Part shown: one piece after another, positions 58,230 through 64,000 of the stretch
How the letters are laid out: each line of letters starts with the position of its first letter
Position numbering within the stretch: position 1 is the first letter of the stretch
IMG/VR virus record: IMGVR_UViG_3300044655_001510
DNA length: 64,000 nucleotides
From: an uncultured virus (IMG/VR IMGVR_UViG_3300044655_001510)
Taxonomy: Duplodnaviria; Heunggongvirae; Uroviricota; Caudoviricetes
Reading direction: 5' to 3' (one strand)
The notes under the pieces: generated by a model
Seen by the model: only the letters and a program-made list of their open reading frames with translations
Database searches by the model: none
Told to the model about the DNA's origin: nothing
Translations under genes and position numbers: made by a program

Positions 58230-58421
58230 ATGATTGAACAATTTTCACATATAGGTACCGACCATATTTGCAATGTTTGTTCTTGCGAATTTTCGGATGA
58301 CGAAGGCGGAATTCAAGGATACTTTGGAATACTTCCAGTTGCATTTTGTCCAACCTGTTACAGTAGTATGTACGATATGGTTCAGCAAGACATGGAATAC
58401 ATGGACGACCTCGACGAATAG
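58230..58421 (+). CDS. Small Zn-finger-like phage protein
   Basis: CNVC..GGIQGYFGILPVAFCPTC; GGAG RBS; preceded in frame by a truncated family N-terminus from 58146. Confidence 0.7.
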   Translation: MIEQFSHIGTDHICNVCSCEFSDDEGGIQGYFGILPVAFCPTCYSSMYDMVQQDMEYMDDLDE

Positions 58422-58479
58422 TAGTTGACATCCAGTCAACTACAGGTATAATACTCTTAACTTAACACAGGAGTACAAC

Positions 58480-58788
58480 ATGCAAAAACTACACAGAGAC
58501 TTTAAACGATGGTTGAAATCAAATGGATTGCAACCAGAAGGTCGAAAAAAATCAAAAAGCTGGAGACGGCTATTCTCAACTTGCCCACCTTACTTTATTG
58601 GCAATGATCGCAGATGGCGTTTCTTGGTACCAGAAAACGGACAACTCAGATTTCAAGTTTCTTGTCCATTAGAACACTTTGATCGTTGGGCTAACAGTGC
58701 TGGTGAAAGTATTCCACTACCACAAACTAAAGAAGAGTTTGACAAAGCTATCCAACAACTGATATTATCTTCTAAGGATTTGACATGA
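58480..58788 (+). CDS. Hypothetical protein
   Basis: Promoter and AGGAG upstream. Confidence 0.65.
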   Translation: MQKLHRDFKRWLKSNGLQPEGRKKSKSWRRLFSTCPPYFIGNDRRWRFLVPENGQLRFQVSCPLEHFDRWANSAGESIPLPQTKEEFDKAIQQLILSSKDLT

Positions 58789-58794
58789 TAAACC

Positions 58795-58990
58795 CATTCA
58801 CAACAGGTATACAAGTCAACTACCCGACGACTAAAGATCGTCGGGCTTGCTTACTCCCATGACTAACTACTGGTGATTTAGTAGATCTCTCGATTTTAGA
58901 AGTCATTTTCAGTAAAGCCTCTGGGATTACTCCCACATCGCCTGTTGCGTGCGATGATAATTTGGTTCCATAATTGAGTCTTTGCCCTTC
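58795..58990 (-). ncRNA. Predicted TnpB omega/reRNA scaffold plus flank-derived guide
   Basis: By analogy with TnpB systems: overlaps the tnpB 3' end, ends at GTTGAC (58815), guide from flank TTGTATACCTGTTGTGAATG; 5' boundary uncertain. Confidence 0.5.
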
Positions 58991-60237
58991 ATGGAGAATA
59001 TTTGTGGCAGCATTCAAGTCTCTGTCATGGACTTCGCCACAAGAAGGGCATTCCCATTCACGAGTTGCTAAATCCAATGATTCGAGTTTATGGCCACAGC
59101 AAGAACAGGTCTTGCTACTTGGATAAAACCTGCCTACTTGTTGAACAAGAACGCCAGCCCATTCCGCTTTATATTTGATCATTTCTGAAAGAGTAGACCA
59201 AGCGATTTCGTGGATTGCTCTGCTGAGTTTCCGGTTCTTAAGTAAATTACTGACTGCCAAATCTTCTAAATAAATCACGTCATTGGTAGCCACTAGGTAT
59301 TTACTAAGGATATGATAATACTCATTTCGCTGTCGCGTAATCTTGGAATACAAACGAGCCACCTGAATCCGTAGTTTCTCGTGGTTTTTGCTGCCTTTGG
59401 TAGTTCTTGCAAACTGCTTTTGTTTGCGTTTCAATAGCTGCTTGGTTTTCGCATGGTATAGCAACGCATCTGGTTTTAAAAATCGAAGACCACTTGAAGT
59501 AATCATCAAATCTTTAATACCTAAATCAAAACCGACTTCTCGATTTTTGTAATCTTGGGTGGGTACATCTGTTTCTATTAGCACAGATGCATAATACCGA
59601 TCATCTGGATTTTTAGGAACGGTTATTGATTTAACAACTGCACCTTCAGGGATTGGTCTATGGATAACTGCTTTTACTTCTTTTAATTTTGGAAGTTTAA
59701 TGGCATTATCTAGTACTTTGGTTCCTCGACCAGGGGTTCGATATGACTGACGTCCATGTTTTGATTTGAACCTTGGCTCTTCTACTCGTTTACCTTTTCT
59801 GTTTCCAGCACGGGATTTGAACATGTTATCATATGCAGCTGCGAGGTCAGCTGATGCGCCTTGTAAGGCATTCATGTCTACTTCGCAAAGGAATTCCAGT
59901 TCTTTCTTTAACGGGGTAATGAGTTTATTGACCGCGAATCCATTCAGGTGTGGTTCACCTGCCAAATATCTTCGTTCATTTTCTGCTTTAAATCGGTTAT
60001 AGATCAGTCTCTTGCAACCAAATGTCTTCCCAATCAGAATTTGTTGCTCTGATGTCGGGTATATACGATATTTGATTGCAATTAATCTTTTCATGTCTGT
60101 ATTTAGCATTTGACAAAGAACGACTTATGGATTAACGTATGGTTTTATTACTTGATGGGGAATTAAACATGAATAGCGAATTACCACACGCATTCCTCCC
60201 GGCGACTAAAGATCACCGGGTTTCCTGCGCGAATCAG
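58815..60237 (-). mobile_element. Non-autonomous IS200/IS605-family (IS1341-like) element
   Basis: Subterminal hairpins CCCGACGA-CTAAAG-ATCGTCGGG (right end, ...GGGTAGTTGAC) and CCCGGCGA-CTAAAG-ATCACCGGG (left end); tnpB only, no tnpA; adjacent TTCAT as probable TAM. Confidence 0.8.
58820..60094 (-). CDS. tnpB: RNA-guided endonuclease TnpB
   Basis: KYRIYPT HTH, GFDLG (RuvC-I), LEDL (II), CSCC/CPSC Zn ribbon, DRDLNAA (III). Confidence 0.95.
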   Translation of the reverse strand: MKRLIAIKYRIYPTSEQQILIGKTFGCKRLIYNRFKAENERRYLAGEPHLNGFAVNKLITPLKKELEFLCEVDMNALQGASADLAAAYDNMFKSRAGNRKGKRVEEPRFKSKHGRQSYRTPGRGTKVLDNAIKLPKLKEVKAVIHRPIPEGAVVKSITVPKNPDDRYYASVLIETDVPTQDYKNREVGFDLGIKDLMITSSGLRFLKPDALLYHAKTKQLLKRKQKQFARTTKGSKNHEKLRIQVARLYSKITRQRNEYYHILSKYLVATNDVIYLEDLAVSNLLKNRKLSRAIHEIAWSTLSEMIKYKAEWAGVLVQQVGRFYPSSKTCSCCGHKLESLDLATREWECPSCGEVHDRDLNAATNILHEGQRLNYGTKLSSHATGDVGVIPEALLKMTSKIERSTKSPVVSHGSKQARRSLVVG

Positions 60238-60504
60238 ATGAATCTAAGAAATCTGTTTGCAGATGCAATTGAAGATTGTATATTTTTAGACACCGGTGAT
60301 GACAAAGATGTTGCATTAGAACCGTATAAAGGTAGTCTTCTTTACTGGATAGAAGACAAACCAGAAAATGCAATGGTTGGTTTTAAATTAGGATTACGTC
60401 CTATATTAATGGAACATAAACACAACCAGCATGCACGATGGGATCCATATCCTTGTGTAAGTAATTGGAAAGATATCTATCAAACAATCCAACGCGATCA
60501 GTAA
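60238..60504 (+). pseudogene. C-terminal part of T4 gp30.2-like HAD protein truncated at the IS end
   Basis: MNLRNLF..LDTG.DKD.ALEPY..WIEDKPENA..G; N-terminal DxDG motif absent. Confidence 0.6.
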
Positions 60505-60562
60505 CCCAAACTAAAAGATAATGTCCTCTAAATACTTCAATACCAAAAGAGGACATTATCCA

Positions 60563-61375
60563 ATGCGAATTCACGAACTACTAGAACCAAAGAAACCTTT
60601 AACTGCAGTTAAAAGTTCAACTGTATCAAAATCTGGGATGCAAGGTTCTAAGAACAAAATAGCACAACGTACTTTTACCACAAACAAAGGTAATCAAGTA
60701 GACATTCAATTCAAAACAACAACCGATGGCGATGAGAAAACAACCGATGTTGTTTTCTATGTTAATGGTACAATGTATGATACCGCATCGACTGAAGGAA
60801 AAGATATTGATAATGATTTTGATATTCTATCTGGGGTTGGCTACATTGTTAAAACCTATCTTGACAAAGCCAAAATCGACCGATGCACTTTCTCTGCACA
60901 TTCAACTCCTAGTGATACAAAACACAAATTCAATATACCAGTAGAAAGACCTAAAAGAGAATTACTCGCATCATTGCAAGGTTTAAGTTCAGTGACAAAC
61001 GAGTTACTAAAAACTGAAGAAGATGAGATTAGAAAGAATAAGTACAATGTGGTATTAGAAACAATCGAGGCAATCAAACAATATCTTACCCAGCCAGTTG
61101 AAAAATATAGTTCAAGTGAGTTTGATAAACTATACTGGCAAATACGCAAAGCTGCTGACATGAAACTCAGCAAATATCCAGAGATGAACGAAGCCTTCAA
61201 ACAACTAGAACGATTCATGTCAGTGATCACTAGTTACTCTCCAGAAGGCGTACACGTTAGACAAAATCGTAGATTCGCAGTCTATTCTAAAATCCTTAAC
61301 AAGTTCTTCTCTAGCACTTGGGATATCGAAACCTACGGTGATAGCTTCATCCTTACTAGAAAGGCATCAGTATGA
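60563..61375 (+). CDS. Putative internal head protein (MRIHELLE)
   Basis: TAAATA and GAGGA upstream. Confidence 0.7.
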   Translation: MRIHELLEPKKPLTAVKSSTVSKSGMQGSKNKIAQRTFTTNKGNQVDIQFKTTTDGDEKTTDVVFYVNGTMYDTASTEGKDIDNDFDILSGVGYIVKTYLDKAKIDRCTFSAHSTPSDTKHKFNIPVERPKRELLASLQGLSSVTNELLKTEEDEIRKNKYNVVLETIEAIKQYLTQPVEKYSSSEFDKLYWQIRKAADMKLSKYPEMNEAFKQLERFMSVITSYSPEGVHVRQNRRFAVYSKILNKFFSSTWDIETYGDSFILTRKASV

Positions 61376-62178
61376 GAATCGCAGAAATCTTAAGTGAACG
61401 TATATCGTTATCAACCTACACCCCAACAATAAACCGAGCACTACATAACGCTGTTGTAAACATATTCAAAACGCCAACGCAACCACCATCGAAAATGGAT
61501 ATGCAGTTTATGGTCAAGTACAACACTGCGTTTGTTAATGCGATCAAACCTATTCTAACAGATTACGCAAAACAAATAACAAACAGTGAGGTTACTATTC
61601 AGTTTAAATCCCTACCCAATGGAACCGGCCAGTACATAGAAGATACCAACACGATAACTATTTCACCTAAAGTACTTTCAAAATTAATAACACTGTTATA
61701 TAAACAGTTGACAGATAAGATTGACGTTTCTACTGAACTAGATACTATCATTGGTTACTTGACTTCAGTATTCCTGCATGAAGTTACTCATGCCACACAA
61801 GTAAGTCACGGACAACGATACGAATACAAACATGGCTATATCGAAAAGGACAAAATCAAATTCTTTACAGCCTTGATTCAGGATGAATTCAAATCAGAAG
61901 AAGAGAAAGTAAGAGCACACGAAATCTACAAATCTCAACCAGATGAAATAGCAGCATACGCACAAGAAGCTGCATCGGATCTAATCAATAATATTCATAA
62001 GTTACCTGTAGCTGAACAAGCCACTGCTATTACTGTATTCCTAAAAGAAATCTCAAAGCAAGCAACTACCTATTCTGATTTTAAGAATAGACAAGAACCA
62101 GGCTACGAGAAAGTATATCGCAGATACTTGAAATCAATCTACCAACATCTTACTGATTATCAATCAAGTTTAAGTTGA
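61372..62178 (+). CDS. Zincin-like metallopeptidase, putative internal head protein (MRIAEILSE)
   Basis: FLHEVTHATQ..Y..QPDEIAAYA. Confidence 0.75.
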   Translation: MRIAEILSERISLSTYTPTINRALHNAVVNIFKTPTQPPSKMDMQFMVKYNTAFVNAIKPILTDYAKQITNSEVTIQFKSLPNGTGQYIEDTNTITISPKVLSKLITLLYKQLTDKIDVSTELDTIIGYLTSVFLHEVTHATQVSHGQRYEYKHGYIEKDKIKFFTALIQDEFKSEEEKVRAHEIYKSQPDEIAAYAQEAASDLINNIHKLPVAEQATAITVFLKEISKQATTYSDFKNRQEPGYEKVYRRYLKSIYQHLTDYQSSLS

Positions 62179-62203
62179 CCGAAACTAAAAGATGATGTAG
62201 ACA

Positions 62204-62446
62204 ATGACTATCGAAATAGCACCCATCGAATACCATGACGCAATGACATGGAATCAAGCTAAACTCTATTTGTTTGCATTGAACATAGATGGTAAGATTG
62301 GTTGGAGACTACCAACAAGAAAAGAGTTTAGCGTGGATATGCATGGCCTGTATTTATGTTGGGTACAAGAAGATCAATCATCATTGATGGATTCAGAACT
62401 AGATACATTACAATACATATGTTATCCAGTCCGAGATGTCAAATAG
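62204..62446 (+). CDS. Minimal DUF1566-like protein
   Basis: Family motifs. Confidence 0.85.
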   Translation: MTIEIAPIEYHDAMTWNQAKLYLFALNIDGKIGWRLPTRKEFSVDMHGLYLCWVQEDQSSLMDSELDTLQYICYPVRDVK

Positions 62447-62521
62447 TTCCCTGTCGAGAATATGAGTTTGCTATTCACGGAAAATACCAAATAAATACAC
62501 AAAATTAAGAGGATTACCAAA

Positions 62522-63241
62522 ATGCGCATCTGTGAACTAATTACAGAATCAAAACAACGCCTAGACCCAAGTTGTTGGAAGGGCAAACACAAAGAAGGTA
62601 CCAAGATGAAAGGTGGTATCCGAGTCAATAACTGTGTACCAAACGAAAACTTCAATGCAGTATATGATGACGAAGCTGGGATGGCTCACAGCAATCTTCA
62701 TACGCTTCGAAGAGCAGTCGATGGGCTACTCGATACAATCGACGATCATGAAAACTTACCAGAATGGGCTCAAGAGAAAATCGCAAAAGCAGAAAGCATG
62801 CTGGTTTCTGTTTGGGATTACCTACAAAGCCAAGAGGATCAAGGAGTCAACCCAACAGTTGACGAGATGTTCGACATGATAGAAGATATGGTAGAAAGTT
62901 TAGCCATCAAACATAACATTGATAGCGATCTTATATGGGAAGACTTTGAATCAGTCAGTGATCGTGAACTCTTTGAAACAGCCGCGTGGCAACGCAAAGA
63001 AGGCAAGAACAAGAAAGGTGGTTTGAACAAGAAAGGTGTAGCAAGTTACCGCAGAGAACATCCCGGTAGCAAACTTCAAACTGCAGTTACTACCAAACCA
63101 AGTAAACTCAAACCAGGTAGCAAAGCAGCCAAAAGACGTAAAAGTTTTTGTGCTCGAATGAGTGGTATGAAAGGACCAATGAAAGACGACAACGGCAAGC
63201 CAACCAGAAAAGCACTGGCACTGAGAAAGTGGAACTGCTAA
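62522..63241 (+). CDS. Putative internal head/late protein of T4-like phages (MRICELITE)
   Basis: CWKG..GTK..NNCV and KGGLN.KG..KRRKSFCARM..W.C modules. Confidence 0.75.
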   Translation: MRICELITESKQRLDPSCWKGKHKEGTKMKGGIRVNNCVPNENFNAVYDDEAGMAHSNLHTLRRAVDGLLDTIDDHENLPEWAQEKIAKAESMLVSVWDYLQSQEDQGVNPTVDEMFDMIEDMVESLAIKHNIDSDLIWEDFESVSDRELFETAAWQRKEGKNKKGGLNKKGVASYRREHPGSKLQTAVTTKPSKLKPGSKAAKRRKSFCARMSGMKGPMKDDNGKPTRKALALRKWNC

Positions 63242-63246
63242 TCAAC

Positions 63247-63272
63247 AAGGGTATCTAAGTATACCCTTTTTT
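63247..63272 (+). terminator. Intrinsic terminator
   Basis: AAGGGTAT..ATACCCTTTTTT. Confidence 0.7.
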
Positions 63273-63337
63273 GTTATTGACATAATTGATTGTTTCGGTA
63301 TAATACACGGTAACTCAATTATCTTTTAGAGAATCGC

Positions 63338-63571
63338 ATGGCCATCGAAATAGCACCAGAAGAATATCACAAAGAAGAAATAACCTACTCGGAAGCATTG
63401 GTCTATTGCTTCTCCCTTGATATCGATGGTAAGATAGGATGGCGATTACCGACAGATCAAGAATACGTCTTTGAACTACCAGACCGGTACAATGTACTTT
63501 TTCAAAATTGCAATTACTTTGATCATAATACAGCAACCTGCATACCAGTACGAGATGTAAAAGATGATTGA
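63338..63571 (+). CDS. Minimal DUF1566-like protein (array 3)
   Basis: Family motifs; promoter TTGACA-16-TATAAT at 63277-63304. Confidence 0.85.
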   Translation: MAIEIAPEEYHKEEITYSEALVYCFSLDIDGKIGWRLPTDQEYVFELPDRYNVLFQNCNYFDHNTATCIPVRDVKDD

Positions 63572-63869
63572 AATAGCACCTAAAGAAACTGTAGCAAAAC
63601 TTACGTGGGAAGATGCCAGACTCTACTGCTTCGCACTCAATGCAAACAACAAAACTGGATGGCGTTTACCTACCCTCGAAGAACTCTATTACGTCAGAGA
63701 AAACTTAGATTATAAATTCGGTCATGATTACTACTGGTCGTCTGAGTCTACAGCAGATAGAGCTAATTGCGTTTTCATGGGAGGCTACAAGTATCCTAGT
63801 AAGGATTGTACAAGAAACTCACCAACCACTTTTACTTTCTACGTAAGAGCAGTCAGAGATATAACATGA
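63564..63869 (+). CDS. DUF1566-like protein (array 3)
   Basis: YYWSSE..YVRAVR. Confidence 0.85.
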   Translation: MIEIAPKETVAKLTWEDARLYCFALNANNKTGWRLPTLEELYYVRENLDYKFGHDYYWSSESTADRANCVFMGGYKYPSKDCTRNSPTTFTFYVRAVRDIT

Positions 63870-64000
63870 ACATCGAAATTGCACCAAAAGAAACTGAGGT
63901 CATAGCCAATTGGGAAGATGCCAAACTCTACTGCTTCGCACTTAATACAAATAACAAAACTGGTTGGCGTTTACCCACTAAAGAAGAACTTAATGAGATC
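63866..64000 (+). CDS. DUF1566-like protein (array 3, partial)
   Basis: MNIEIAPKETEVIANWEDAKLYCFALNTNNKTGWRLPTKEELNEI. Confidence 0.85.
   Translation, partial: MNIEIAPKETEVIANWEDAKLYCFALNTNNKTGWRLPTKEELNEI

Noticed and set aside
58421..58443. GTAGTTGAC/GTCAACTAC inverted repeat resembling the IS end
   Set aside because: Only 9 bp, overlaps an ordinary TTGACA..TATAAT promoter, and has no subterminal IS hairpin
1..64000. Complete DGR (RT, Avd, template repeat) in the window
   Set aside because: No ORF with RT motifs and no AAC-rich non-coding copy of the VR was found by eye; only target-side signatures are present
1..64000. Alternative genetic code or tRNA genes
   Set aside because: Conserved genes are full-length under code 11 with TAA, TAG and TGA all used as stops; no cloverleaf with T-loop consensus was noticed

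Overview
64 kb of an AT-rich, T4-like large (jumbo-type) phage genome using the standard code. Bases 1-8.1 kb encode tail-fibre/virion proteins, and 11.4-12.9 kb is non-coding, with an origin-like repeat tract and a probable ~600-nt structured RNA. The rest is accessory: RNA ligase, DNA ligase, ClpP, GroES, AAA+/vWA pair, macrodomain, lipase, metacaspase, PAAR, homing-endonuclease-like genes and a non-autonomous IS200/IS605 tnpB element. The dominant unexplained signal has four parts. (i) About 40 minimal paralogues of the DUF1566/Lcl-C (C-type-lectin-fold, DGR-target-type) domain, with a constant scaffold and hypervariable C-terminal half, lie in translationally coupled head-to-tail arrays joined by a near-identical ~30-bp junction and mostly behind sigma70-type promoters. 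(ii) One full-length, late-promoter member is frameshifted at a G10 tract and has a DGR-VR-like 3' end. (iii) About 48 copies of the 9-mer CTAAAAGAT occur at gene ends, array junctions and promoter spacers. (iv) About 18 covarying hairpins have ssDNA-type features (tandem G.A pairs, cGNNAg loops). No reverse transcriptase, DGR template repeat, recombinase, tRNA or CRISPR array is visible in the window. All family assignments are by motif recognition, not database search.
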